DNA of 64,000 nucleotides, from contig OZ176050.1 in NCBI GenBank assembly GCA_964247055.1, positions 12,028,001 through 12,092,000 on the forward strand, given 5' to 3'. The position numbers and the translations under genes were made by a program. Of the stretch, positions 13,157 through 26,300 are shown one piece after another (position 1 is the first letter of the stretch; each line of letters opens with the position of its first letter). The notes under the pieces are model-generated. The model had not been told where the DNA came from and made no database searches. It saw only the letters and a list, made by a program, of their open reading frames with translations. The DNA is from Paragordius varius (Eukaryota; Animalia; Nematomorpha).

Positions 13157-15447
13157 TAGGGTGACCAGACGTCCCGCTTTGGGACAGTCCGCTTTTTCAC
13201 ACTTTGTCCCGCGTCCCGTTACGTTTTTGAAATGTCCCGCTTTTTCACGATTATATCCAAAAAAAATTTTAAATATATTTAAATTTTTTATGAAAAATTT
13301 ATTTTTTTATTTGTTTAAATTTATTATTAGTTATCTTTAAAATCTATATCAATTTTAAATTAAAATATTAATTTTCAAATTAAAAATATTTATTTTTTTC
13401 TAATTTATATCATATGATTCTACACTTTGCCTCCTACTCTTACTGCCAACATTAAAAAATCGGTAGCTTATACGTTTACTCCAGAAAATTAAGTAATATA
13501 ATATTTTATTATACTAATATTAGTTTAAAAATATAAGTACAAAAAGAGTTGTAAATTCAACGATGAATTAATAAGAAAATCCTTTTATCAAAAAAAACGA
13601 AGAATGAATCATTCGTTAAATGTTCTTTATGCGAGGGGAAACCCTAGCACATGGCCGCAAGCATGATATTACAAAGCATATGGAAACACAGAAATATGAA
13701 AATGTTGAGATATGGCGGCATCATCTTACAAAATGAGCGATTTTTATCGAAAACACGAAGGAATTTGGCACTAGCCGAAGGCGTTTTATCTTTTCACGCC
13801 GTTAATCACAATCATTTCTTTAGATCTATGGATTGTACCTCACAGGTTAGTCGTACCCCATTCAGTATGCAATGTCCTTTAGCCACATGCATTTTCTAAA
13901 ATACAAAAAGATTTGCTGAAAATTAATTTCATATCGCTATACTCTGATGCATCAAATCAGGAAACAAAATTATTTCCCACTTTAATAAGATATTTTGATC
14001 TAGAAACCGGAGTAAAAAAAATTTCGCTACCCGGTGATTCCGACATAATTATTACTTTAATAATGAATATTGTAGAAAAAAATAATTTAAAAGACAAAAT
14101 CATCGCATATTACGCTGACAACACCAATACGAACTTCAGTGGAAAAGCAAGGAGGGGAACAAAATATATTTTTCATAAATTAGCAGATAATCTTAATCAA
14201 AACATTGGCGTTGGGTATGCAGCGCATGTAATACACACGCTATTCAAACAGCTGCTAATTTTTTTACCCCTAGATGTAAAAATGTAGTTGTTAAAATATA
14301 TTCCTATTTTAATATATACCTGCGTTGTAACGCTTAAGGAAATCTGTGAAAATGCAGATCAATCACAAAAAATGCTTGGATATTGTTACACTCGTTGGTT
14401 AGCTCTTCTGCCAGCTATCGAAAGAATTTTAAAATGTAGATTCTTTAAAATCCTATTTTTTATCACATCCTACAACTTTGGAAAAGTTTTTTGAAAGTGA
14501 TTCTTCAAAAATATGGTTAGAGTTCCTACATAATCAAGCTTCTCTCTTTCAAAATGTTATTAAATTGATAGAAGGTGACAAAATTTCGGCAATCGAAGTA
14601 GCCAATGAAGTTAGTAACGTAAAATTCCAATGTCAAGAAAGGAAAAATAATTTTATACCATTAACCATCCGCAATATTATAAATAAATTAAAAAACAAGG
14701 CTTAATAAATCGCCAAGATATCCTCTACCACATAAAAATGTTTTATACAAACTGTAAAGATTATTTGGAAGGCTGGACGGTACAATTCACTGAAATTGAT
14801 CAATTTCATTGGATAACATTAAAACCAGAATTTAAATTAATGCGATGTTCAAAAATTATTTAATTACATCTGCATCTCCCAAAAATTCCCAAAAAGTAAT
14901 CTTTCAGAAAATAATCTATTTTTTGAAGTATCATTAGTTAAAAAATATATTGAAAATATTAAATTATGGACAACAGAAAAAATACAGTAGAAAAGAAATG
15001 ATTAGAAATATTACATTATTTTGAAACAAACTATGTTCCATACAATAATATTTTCAAAACTGTGGAATATGCACTATATTTCCTAGAACCAACGCTGCTA
15101 CTGAGCGCGTTTTTTCCACAGTAAATCAGGTGTGGACATCCGAAAAATCAAATTTAAATGTTGAAATTATCAAGGCCATTTTATCCGTCAAATATAATTT
15201 GACAAATTCTTGCGAAGACTTCTACAATATTTTAAAAAATGATGACAATCTGCTATTCACTCAAATAAAAAATATACCAAAGAATAAACTATATTTTCAT
15301 ATTTAAAATGTATTTGTGTTAAAAATAAATAAATATTACAATAAATTTTTTGTATAAAAATTTTTGGTTGTACCATCTCCCCCCCCCCCATGCCCCTCTC
15401 CCTTTCTCAGTTTCCTGCCTTTTCCCTCAAAAAATCTGGTCACTTTA
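13157..15447 (+). mobile_element. hAT DNA transposon (Tip100/Zaphod-like termini), 2291 bp
   Basis: TIRs TAGGGTGACCAGA / TCTGGTCACTTTA; exact 8-bp TSD GGTATGCT at 13149-13156 and 15448-15455. Confidence 0.93.
13540..15250 (+). pseudogene. Frameshifted hAT transposase
   Basis: Fragments in shifting frames: BED-like CSLC...HGRKHDITKHMET, DNTNTNFSG, GYAAHVIH, TRWLALLPAIERIL, and dimerisation motif TNAATERVFSTVNQVWTSEKSNLNVEIIKAILSVKYNL; many stops and frameshifts. Confidence 0.88.
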
Positions 15448-15949
15448 GGTATGCTTCAACAATTAATTTTTTCATTTTTTTTTGATGCCATTAAATATCT
15501 ATTTAAAATTTTTATTGCGCAATTCGGCATTTTTACGTTTAATTAAAACTAGCCCATTTTCGAAGGGCGAAAAATTAGAAGATTTCGGGGCGTGCGTTTT
15601 ATATATTATAATAATTTTAATATTTTTAGATTGAAGCATTTAGCTTTCACCAAAAAATTATGCAAAACTTCAGAGGCCTAGCTTGCCTTTCTAGCGCCAG
15701 GTGGATGAATCCATGATGGTGCCCTTCTCCCCCTCTATGCAGCCCGTTGCATTTTGTAAAAATAATCAAATTAAAACCGTGAGCGATGCGTCATGAACAG
15801 AACCACGTGAAAAAAACATGCATATTCAACTCCATTCCTAAACGACGGCTTGCTGATCAAATGTATTAGTAATTAATATATATTATTTTGTGCGAATTTT
15901 TAGTTAAATATAAATGTTGTATAAAAGCAGTATTCAAACTGCATTCGGA

Positions 15950-16498
15950 ATGTGCCCGACTAAAATTTTTTTTGGAAAATGGCTTGCGTACGAAAAAGAG
16001 TGGCAATCCTTAAGTATTAAAAACATCAAAAAAATGTCACAAAAGTTAAATATAAATTTTTATGAAAACTTCATCCCTAGACACAAATATTGTAATTATA
16101 GGAGTATTATTCGTAAACTTTAAATAGGCCACATCGCTTAAATGGCAGATGGTACAATTTTATTTCTTAATCATTTTTAGTTTGTGGACTTTCTATCGTT
16201 TTATTGAGGTCCTTTATTGTATGATCGAACAATTATCCGTTGTTAGACAGAGGTGTTGTTAAATTATTAATATCTAAAAATTGGCCCCGTTGTTGGGCAA
16301 AGGTGTTGTTTCTGGAGTTGTTGTTTTCAAATTACAATTATCTGAAAATATTGGTTCGCCGTTGTTGGGCACTAAAGTAGAATTAATATTATGATTATCA
16401 GTATTTTGCAAATATAATTGTAACATTTCTCTCAATTTTTGTGCATTATAATTTTTTTTCAATTTTCGTTTTTTATTTTGAGAACCGCTAATAGGCAT
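15950..16498 (-). pseudogene. Possible N-terminal remnant of a second (ZMYM1-like) hAT transposase
   Basis: ORF begins MPISGSQNKKRKLKK...LREMLQLYL, resembling the SGxQKRKxK starts of this transposase group; downstream decayed; no TIR found. Confidence 0.3.
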
Positions 16499-16853
16499 TT
16501 CTAATAATACTAATTAAATTAAAATGATTAGTATTCTTATTTGAGCTATTATCCTATTCTGCCCTTCGAGTTTATATTACAAAGAGAATGATTGGAATAA
16601 CCCTAAAAATAGTAAAGCTTTAATATTTTATAATACAGGAAGTTAAAACGGAACCGTTTTTGGGCCCAGTTCCAAGTCAGTTTTCGGTTTGTTCATTTTT
16701 TATAATGAAGAACATTTAATTCTAAAATTGTTCCACTATATTTTGATCAAAAATCTTAAACGTAACTCTAATTCACTTATCAATATTCATTTATAAAATA
16801 TATCTGATAGCCATATGTTAAAATACTTTAAGCTGTATGGCTCATTTTGTAAA

Positions 16854-19800
16854 TTAAAAATACATGAAAATAGATGCATCAAAAATAATATAATAATCAT
16901 ATTTGATACTCTCTAATGAATAATGGAATAATGAAAAAAGCAATATTTTAAATTTCAAAAGAAAAGGAAAGTTGTAATTGAGCAGCGAAAAATTGTTATA
17001 TAGAGAACAAAAAAAGGAAGAAGAAAGAAAAGCACGGTATAATGCATGATGGTGTACCATGCCCTAAATTGAAAGAAAAAATAAACAACATTAATTTTGG
17101 AATTTGGTCTTTCTTATAATATCAATTATAAATTTAAAGAATTTTAACATAAGGGGTTGCATGGAGCAAGCAATATATATAATTTTGAAAGTAAATTAAC
17201 ATAAAATTAATAATGATCTTAACCTTATATCTATTTTGAAGCAAATCTTTGAAGGTAGATTCTATGAATGATCTGAACACGCGGTTAAGAAAGGTAGGCG
17301 CTTGAAGATAAAGTGAAGATATAAGGATGTGAAACAGTTGGTTAGATATATTTTGATCAAGATTGAAGGTCTTGTACTAATAAATGGGTGATTTTTTATG
17401 TATTGTTTAAAATAATAACTTTTAATTCTCTATTTTTTTAGGATAAAATTTTTTTAAAATCCGGCGCCCTCTCAACTATGGCGTACGGTGCATCAATATT
17501 GTTGATGAAATCTTGACAATTATTTAACTAATATTTTTATTTTTGAATATTCGGTCAAGATCTATAAAAGAATTCTTCATTCATATTCATTAAACTTTGA
17601 TACTGATTTTCACCATTGAAAATGATGATGATTGGCCATTCAACTTCAAATGTTTCATTGTAATAAATTTTTTTGAACATACACAATCAACTTTCTATAA
17701 CCTTTTTATTTTACAATGATTGAATGATGCAATTTACATGATATTGAATAAATTTTTTTATTTTTTCATCATATTTCGTATTTTATCAATTAGAGGGAAT
17801 AATTTCAGTACGGAACCAAGTTGGTATATATTGATATACATTTTAAACCTATTAAGTTTCTACAATTTTTGATTGGCCTTTTTTAAAGGCGGCATAAAAG
17901 GGTTAAAAAAGGCTTTAGTTTTTGATGAATGGTTTATTGTTTAAGAAATGTAGCAATTTGCTGTTGGGTTAAAAGAGAATTAGGAATATATTTAGTTTTT
18001 TAGAACATACATGTATTATTATATTATTTTTCCTATTTATTTTAAACGAATAGAACTGTCCTGCTTTTGCAATCACTGCGATGAAAATTACTTTTGTCAA
18101 ACGAACATCAATGGTTCTTGTTTTAAAGCTATATTTTCTTATGGCACATTTTATGGGTATCTTTTGATTAATGTTACATAAATTAATGAAGTATAAAATA
18201 AAATGATCAAAACTTTAATACTTTTAGCATTAACAGTAATTATCACTATGTAGAATAGAATACTGTGTTATCCATTTTTTGTGGTTCCAAATTCAACAAA
18301 ATAAAATAACTAACGCTATTATTGGCTATTTTGGTATTTCAATTGACCAAAAGGGGATTTTATTTACTGCAGTGCATGTAGGAGTTTTTAATTAGTAAAC
18401 ACTTTATTTTTTCACCACTTCATAAATTTGGCTGACAAAAACGAAAATTTTCACACATGGCGACAGACATGTAAAAACAACCCTTTTTGTTATATAATCC
18501 AGATTCATATTTAATTTTGTTTTTCAGTTAATAAATAGAGAAAAGATGTAAATTAAAACTTATTTACCTTATTTTCTTTATAAAACCTTTAAATCAAAAA
18601 TATTGATGTCTGAATTACCTTATGTTTTCCGACATCTCAGGATTATGTACCTAAAAATTAAGGAATATCTGATTATGGCTTAAATATGTATTATTTTAGC
18701 TACAACTGTTTTCAGAAAATATATATTCATACGTTTCTGAATTAATTCTATTATTCTCATTCACGTATGGAATCCCTAAATATCTCAAAAATATATAAAA
18801 ATACACTTTGGTTTTGGGTATATTATTTTCATTTTCTATCTTTTGGGTCGTTAAACTGCTCTAATTAAAAAATTTCATCTTTTATATTTCAATAAAACTA
18901 TATTGAAGTTTAAGGTTTTCCGAAAAGACAATCCACCTAACTTGACTTATTAAATATTTTAATTATCATTTTTTTAATACGCTTTAGCCCAACCTTTTAT
19001 CGTTTTTCCCTTTATTGTATTTAGATTTATTAGCTTAAGTTAAAATATCAGATTAATAAAATATGTTATAAAAATAAAATATATTTAGCTGCTACCCAGA
19101 TCGCATCTTTTGTCCCCGGACATGGGAAGGATCTTTACATTACTTCGGAATCCACTGTTGCTTCACCCATTCTTGGTGCTTTTATGATCCATTTCATCCC
19201 TATCTCATACAAAATCTAAGTACTATAATTTGAAATATAATAGATAAATTATTTTTGTGTAAATTCTAATTATATTAATTAATTCTGCAAACATTAATTT
19301 TAAATCACTCAATTAAATTAACCTTTACAATAAAAAGCAATATTTGTTATATTCTAAAACACATTTAAAAAAATCAATATGACAAAAATTTATGAGAGGA
19401 TACTTATGTTGCCTTTGGTTAAGGTCATAGGAGTAATTTAAGAAGTTTTGCTTTTCACGTAATTGCTTAAAATCAAAGGGCCATTTTGTGTAAATCAGTC
19501 GAATCATATGGCTCACGTGCAAATGCTTTATGACTCTAGTTGAGATGGATAAGATTTTTTACCCATCATTTTTTGGAAAGATTTGATATCCTATTTAAAC
19601 TCAATTAGGAAAATAAGGGTTGGGCTGGATTATTTACCAAGGTAAACATGGCCCGAAATACTTCCTCCTTTATATGAATGTTATAAAACTAATATCTTTT
19701 TTTATATGAGATCCCAAAATACTATCTTCAAGTCCGTTGAAAAGGGCTAGTGTTTTAAAAGCATGCGCACCCTAGAATTTTCTTTAGATTTAAATTAAAA

Positions 19801-20072
19801 AAAAATCTATGAATTTGTAAAGTCCAAAACTAATTCTATCTACTCTCAATATTGTATCAAAATATTCACATTTAGTGGATATTTTTTTGTGTTCATTCTT
19901 CTTTAAGCATCTCTCTTCTTAGGTAGATTATTACGTCCATACATATATGGTTACCGAATGACAAAAAGCACATTGGTGCATTCTGAAAATCAAGTCACAT
20001 TACATGTTACAAATGGCATACATGGTCAATTTTATATCCGACAGCAAGATTATATGAATAGTGGCGAAACAT
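16854..20072 (-). CDS. Tentative multi-exon gene of unknown function
   Basis: Best exon 17376-17224: AG/GT bounded, 51 open codons (YKTFNLDQNISNQLFHILISSLYLQAPTFLNRVFRSFIESTFKDLLQNRYK), followed in phase by GMVHHHALYRAFL at about 17060. A chain from ATG 20072 through 27-70 nt introns gives MFRHYSYNLAVGYKIDH-NAPMCFLSF-EERCLKKNEHKK...ILR-GAHAFKTLALFNGLED-RGSISGHVYL-GYQIFPKND-GVIKHLH. Middle not resolved; no homology recognised. Confidence 0.4.
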
Positions 20073-20240
20073 CACAAAAAAATTATTTTATAGTATATTT
20101 TACACTCACTCTAAACAATAATTATTTTCTAATAACAGTTGTTAAAATCCGTAATATAATGATAAAGGATAATTAAATAGAATTAAATGAAATTATAAAT
20201 AGAAATTATAAACGATATGTGAAACCCTTCGTCAATAGTA

Positions 20241-20283
20241 ATCGCAGACTAGTTTCGTGCTTGTTAGCACTCATCAGTACGAC
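20241..20283 (-). ncRNA. Minimal type I hammerhead ribozyme (minus-strand copy)
   Basis: Exact reverse complement of 20557-20599. Confidence 0.85.
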
Positions 20284-20556
20284 ACAACTATTTGACTTGG
20301 GGTTTTCACATATCGATTTCGTATATATATCCAACTTTGCAATTTTGGTATAAATGCAGTTGGTTTTACGAATATGAATTAAATTTAATGTAATATATGA
20401 TAGAGTTAATTTTCAGTTTATTTTCAAATTTTCAGTTTAATTTTCATAAATTACATTAAATTTAATTCAAATTCGTAAAACCAACTGCATTTATACCAAA
20501 ATTAGTTGGATATATATACGAAATCGATATGTGAAAACCCCAAGTCAAATAGTTGT

Positions 20557-20599
20557 GTCGTACTGATGAGTGCTAACAAGCACGAAACTAGTCTGCGAT
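20557..20599 (+). ncRNA. Minimal type I hammerhead ribozyme (plus-strand copy)
   Basis: GUCGUA-CUGAUGA-GUGCU(AACA)AGCAC-GAAA-CUAG-UC-UGCGAU: intact core, 5-bp stem II, palindromic ACUAGU helix III, GUC cleavage triplet, stem I GUCGUA/UGCGAU. Confidence 0.87.
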
Positions 20600-22271
20600 T
20601 ACTATTGACGAAGGGTTTCACATATCGTTTATAATTTCTATTTATAATTTCATTTAATTCTATTTAATTATCCTTTATCATTATATTACGGATTTTAACA
20701 ACTGTTATTACAAAACATAACCAATCCGTTCATTACCATTACAATAATTATTTCCTGTTTCGTGATGGTACCAGCATATATGAAAATTAATTTTATAAAT
20801 AGAAATGTTTAAAATCTGAGCCATTTTGAGATGATTCTAACTTTGAATAACGTTGTCGTTTGTTATTGTATTTAATCAGCTTAAGTAACTCTTTCAATAT
20901 CTTTTCGCTTTTTCCGTTTATAATGCTTTTCATTCGGATATATGATAAACAAATAAACAATATATATATATATATATATATATATCATATAAAATATAGC
21001 AAAATAATCAAATTAAATTATCACATATGGGTATATTGATCGAAATTCAAATTATTCCTATGATTGGACAAAATAAATATTACAACCACATGACTGTCAA
21101 ATACATCTTTTTAGAGGGTATTTACTTTCGCTATTAATTATACCAAAAATAAAAATTCTTTTTATCCGATTCATTACTCTTTTCTTCAATTCATACTAAA
21201 CACTAAAATTAATTAAAACTGACATATACTAAAATATTAGTTTTTAAAAGAAATAATTTATTAAATTGTTAGTTTTTTATTTGGTATTTATCAAAACCGC
21301 TTGATGTTTTAGCGGCGGGTATCCATTTACCCCAATTCGTATCTACTTGTTAGTAGTTACACTTTTTTAGTCAAAAGCAACACTTTTCTGTCAAAAGAAA
21401 CATTTTTACATCTAAATGTAACATTTTATTTCCTGGATGGAAAATGTTGATTTTGCTTGAAAAAAAGTTGCTTTTGGTAATGGTGATTTGACTGAAAATG
21501 GTATATATATTATGTTCGACTTTTTTGCAGTCTAATGTTTGAAATAAAATTAAAAAAAATAAACTACTGCACAATAATTTTTTGAGACTGAAATTCGGCC
21601 AGAGGCATTTGCAGAAAAAAGTTGATTTCCAATTTTAAGTTGTTGAGGTTGGTTGAAACTGAGGTTTAATGAAAAGGTGTTAAGCATGAAAAAATATTAT
21701 AGAATGAAATATGTTAAAAGTTTTGCCAACACAAGCGGAAAAATCATATAAACTATTTTGAAACTTTCCATAGAGTTTTAATATAGTTTAGTGTTTAATA
21801 TAATAAGTGTCGCCATTATTTGTGAACCCCCAAAAAATCAAAATCAAAAATCTTTTTTCAAAAATTAATTTTATGGGAATAACTCTGCGACTGGAATTAA
21901 CACATTTATATTATTTATTTAAAGCAAATATTTTTTTATCAGGGGCCCAGGGTAGCGCTTCATTAGAATCTAGCGGAACAATAAATGCAAGTGGTGACAT
22001 CATTCTTATTTTATGTGATAATTGCACAAAGGACAACAATGATAGTCAAAATAGTTCATGTGACAATTGTACCTCGTATAACGAGGCTGAAGGATTGTTT
22101 TTACAAATCCAACAATAATGCTACAACTTTCTTTAAAATCAATCAATAAATTAAAATCTTTCTCGTTTTAATGTATCTGTATTCTAGGGCAAAGTTTATA
22201 AACAATTATTTTTTTAATTTGATTATGTACATATATAAAAACGATATAATTAATCTAATGGCTACACTAAA

Positions 22272-23340
22272 TCTATATATTTATAAAAATGGAAAATGTT
22301 GGCTTTGCGATCTGTTTCCGGAAAACCGGTAGACCCATTCAAATCCAAATGCCGTAAAAATATAATAATTAACCAATGCCCATAGCTTTGCCCTTTTTTT
22401 ATATTTTGCCCCCAATTCAAGTCCACTTCCTGTAAAAACGGTTTTTTAAAAAAACAGAAGTTCAAAAAAACCGTGTCTTTGAGACAATTCTCCCGAAAAC
22501 GAGTTGGACCATTCGATTTCAAATATGATTTTTTTTACTTTTTTTCGATTGCACCGAACATGGTCGGCTGGCTTTTTTAATTTAGGCCCTCTTTTTAACC
22601 GATCCCCCCGTAAAATTCCATTTTTTTCAAAAAAACCAAAAATAATTTTTTTAATCTATTTTTCGCCCAAAGTATGAGACTGTAAAAATTTAATGAGGAT
22701 TCCAGGTATTACCTGTTGAAATGCAAACATTTTAGTCGTGCGTTATTTTATATTGGCTGCTGGGTAGGGAGATACCCGCTAAAAACTGCCCCGTCATATC
22801 GAAATAGCGCGCCTTGGTGCTAAATTTCAGAAAACCTATCAGGTCATAAGAGCTCAGTAGGTGCTTAAAATATTACCCTTAACAATGCAAAAATTTAGGT
22901 AGTGTGATTTTTTAAAATCCGTTAATTAATCCATTCACGTCCTAAAAAATGCGCCACCATAGAATGATTTTTTAGTTTTGAGGCAATTTTTCCAAAAACC
23001 AATGAGAGCATATGGTCAATCAAGATTCCTGGTATTTGCCGTAAAAAGGCAAAGCGTTTTTTTGTTTCGCCCCTGCCCGCGTAAAACTGCGTCACCATGT
23101 CACAGCATGCCTTTGAAGATAAATTTCAGAAAACCTATGAGACTGATAGGAACATATGGAATCCATGATAATTCCAGTTATTCCCCCTATAAAGGCAAAG
23201 AATTTAACTCAGCGCTTTTTCCATATAGGTCTATGGATAGGGGTCTACCGGTTTAAAACTGACGCCATAGGCGTGGTTTTAGAGCTAATTTTCAAAAAAT
23301 TAAGAACCCATACGAGTTCGGTTAAATACATTTCTGGGTA
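22272..23340 (+). mobile_element. Non-autonomous Helitron-like element (copy H2)
   Basis: 5' A|TCTATATATTTATAAAAATGG; about 1 kb of colinear similarity to the reverse complement of 52017-53149 (e.g. GATCTGTTTCCGGAAAACCGGTAGACC); 3' CTAG end not found. Confidence 0.7.
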
Positions 23341-26300
23341 ATTGATATAATATCATTCTTTCCTTTAAAAAGGAACCACAAATGATTTACTTTTTATATC
23401 CCTTAATACCAGCTGTGTGAACACACTTTCAAAATAAAACTTTTAACCTTGATTTCGAAAAATGTAACTTTAATAAGGGCCAGCTATTATTTAATAAAAT
23501 ATAAGAAAATTTGAAAATAATAATTAACTTAGTACATTAAAATTTATCTGGATTTTTTAAAATACATGCTAATGAGCAAAAAACGGTAAATACAAAAAAA
23601 TTCAAACTTTTTTGGACCTATCTCAAATGTTGTAGTTTTAAAGATTTTCTTGGTTCACATGACAAAGGTTTTGGATTTTAGCTCTAATGGTTGTATCTAA
23701 TATAGTTAAAACAGCTGTTTTTTATTTTTTGCCAATATTTCTCATATATGGCACCCGACCCATTTTTTTGGATCCTACAAGCCCATTATTGACTCTTTCT
23801 AAAAAAAACAAATTTAATTAACTAGGAAAAATGGGTTTGCATAAAAATATAATAATATTAATGATATTTAAATTAAACAAGTTCATTTACCCTTGTTTTA
23901 TTAACACGTATAAAATGGGATGAAAGACACAATTAAATAAAAGTTTGTGACATTTGTCCTACTCAGCAACATTTATTATAAAATAACCAACTTACCAACA
24001 CAACCAAAATAATTTATAAAGTAGAGAGAAGAATCACATCATTAAAACGAGCAACGAACTCAAAACATTCTTTCCTTATAACAAATAAAATAATTACTTT
24101 GTATACTTTTGTGTTACATTGTCCTAATAGCACCTTTTCGTATCTTGTGATAGTTAACAAAGGTAGTTAAACTTTTAAACTCTTTGAATTTGCGTATTGT
24201 TTGATAACAAAATATTGGTCAAATATTTTAATAAATGCTGCTAAATTTATGTAAAATGCATGAAAATATCAAAATTTGAGTAGAAAGTGGACATGAAACA
24301 AATTTTTAATTGTGTCTTCCAGTGTTAAAATATGCACTTATGTGATGATTTCGTTTAATTAAAACTATATTTTAGTAATAATTATCCATTGCAGATAAAA
24401 ATAAATTTGAAATGCCGGTCATATAGTTGTTATGGCATCTTTTGTTATTATCCTAATATTATCAATAAACTCATATAAATACATTAAATAATTTCTTTAT
24501 CATGTGGCAAAAAGTCAATAAACTTTAAGGGATTTTTATTGTACCTTCCATTGAAATCAAAGTTAAGAATATATCATAACGGTTTTTATGCTTAGTCACC
24601 TTTTATACGTTTTCAATTCAATTCATATTAGCAAAACTTTAATAAATAAGAAAAGATTTCCACTACTCAGTATAGTTTGTTCGATGATATTAATACGCAA
24701 TGTTCGATTTATTGTGACAATTTTAAGGGACGTTGACACCTATTTGTATAGTCCTTAAATAATAAATTATTAATATATTATTATACATGTATAAGAAAAT
24801 AAGTTGTTTAATAAAAATATTTAACATAATAAATTAATGCTAAGAAATATAACCAAAAAAATTAAGTAAAATTATCATTTATTTCTCACACAAACTAATT
24901 CAGGTTAAAAATTTGCTTTTTGTTTAACAACATCAACTTTTTTATCTTTACCGTTATATGAATCATATAAATAAAAGGGATCAATAACCTTTTTTTTATT
25001 AATGTTTGACATTTATTTGTCGCTAATTATCCAACTTTTTTTGTCCTGAGTTTTATGATCAAGAAGCATCTTTCATAACCTAACACATAATCTAAAAGTT
25101 TTAAATGGCTTAAAACATCAGTGCGTTAATATTTTTCTTAACCTATTCGTGTACTTGTTTTAAATAGATGTTTATTGTGTAAAACACCTTTTAAGTATGT
25201 TTGATATTGATAAGATTTCGATAAAATGATAAGAAGATACTGTCTTGTACACCTATCTCTTTAGTTACAAATCCAAGTCCACTATAACTGCTTTGGAATA
25301 CTGTTAAAGTTACAAAAAACTGAGCCTTAAGAGAGTGGAATTAAGCGTTTTCATTGTGAAAATCAGCGTTTTTGGGCACATCAATTTATTTTAAACTAAA
25401 GTTAAAACATTGATAAACTAGGAACATCCCATGGTGATTAAGGAAATAAACCATTTTTTACTAAAATCCCAACACTTTTATAAATAATTTAAACATATAA
25501 ATCATGGTACGAAATTTTAATTTAATTAAAACATGTAGCCCATTCTTTGATCGCATTTTTATTTTATTGATCTAATTTCGGCACAACTAACAGCAATTTA
25601 ATTGTTTATATTTATTATATATAGAAAATATTTTGGTATTTTATGGCTGGCCATGCGATTTTTTTGGCCGAACATAAATTTAACCTTATGTCGCATAATG
25701 TTTTTAGCATTTTATTACCCAAAAATTTAGGACAGTTAAAAAATTTTAAGCTTACCTTGATAAGTATTTTCGAATCAGTTTGAACTAAATGTTGTTTCGT
25801 AATTCTGTTATTTTATCGCATTATATTAAGCATATAATATTTTCATTTGTTTTACCAGCCCAAAATTCAAAATATATTTGTTTATATTAAATATATAACT
25901 TGAATTAAATTATAAACATTATATTTATGTACATTTTTTCATATCTCTCGTAAGGTTGGGCCTGGCAGTTTGTACCGATAATAACAACCAACCAAAAACT
26001 TTTTAACAGTAAATCACTCTTTTTTGTTCATATTTAAAATAAAACTAGAAACAGTATAAAAATTGATTTGATTGGCTATTTTTTATATGAAAGAAATATG
26101 ATTATTTACCAGCTTAATGACTGGAGGTCACTGTAAATGACGCTAGTTTTGTTTGGTGATCAAGAAGTTTGATATGAGGAATTTCGCATTTTTTTCGAAA
26201 AATCTATGAATAGTGCTTTAAATTCAATTAAGCTATTTATAAATTTGACCCAATATGGTGGTTTTTCGAAATCACTCCAGACTAAATGTTATGAGGTGTT

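Larger units (their letters stand above)
12819..15462. mobile_element. About 340-bp MITE with about 70-bp imperfect TIRs, its right TIR split by the hAT insertion
   Basis: Left TTGTTGAAGCTTACTTCATACTATATTAAGCCATGATGGAAACGGTAAAA is the reverse complement of CCGTTTCCATCATGCCTCAAAATAGTATGAGGTATGCT|TCAACAA once 13157-15455 is removed. Confidence 0.7.
20131..20709. mobile_element. Foldback made of inverted Penelope-like pseudo-LTR copies
   Basis: Arms about 265 bp; outer 206 bp (20131-20336 vs 20504-20709) are exact reverse complements, then a 4-nt indel and two substitutions; spacer about 45 nt; each arm carries a hammerhead motif. Confidence 0.85.

Noticed and set aside
17300-17700. Transib-like transposase C-terminus on the minus strand (ILMH...HPFISTR)
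   Set aside because: Needs several stops and a deletion; no TIRs; the same DNA is better explained by AG/GT-bounded exons.
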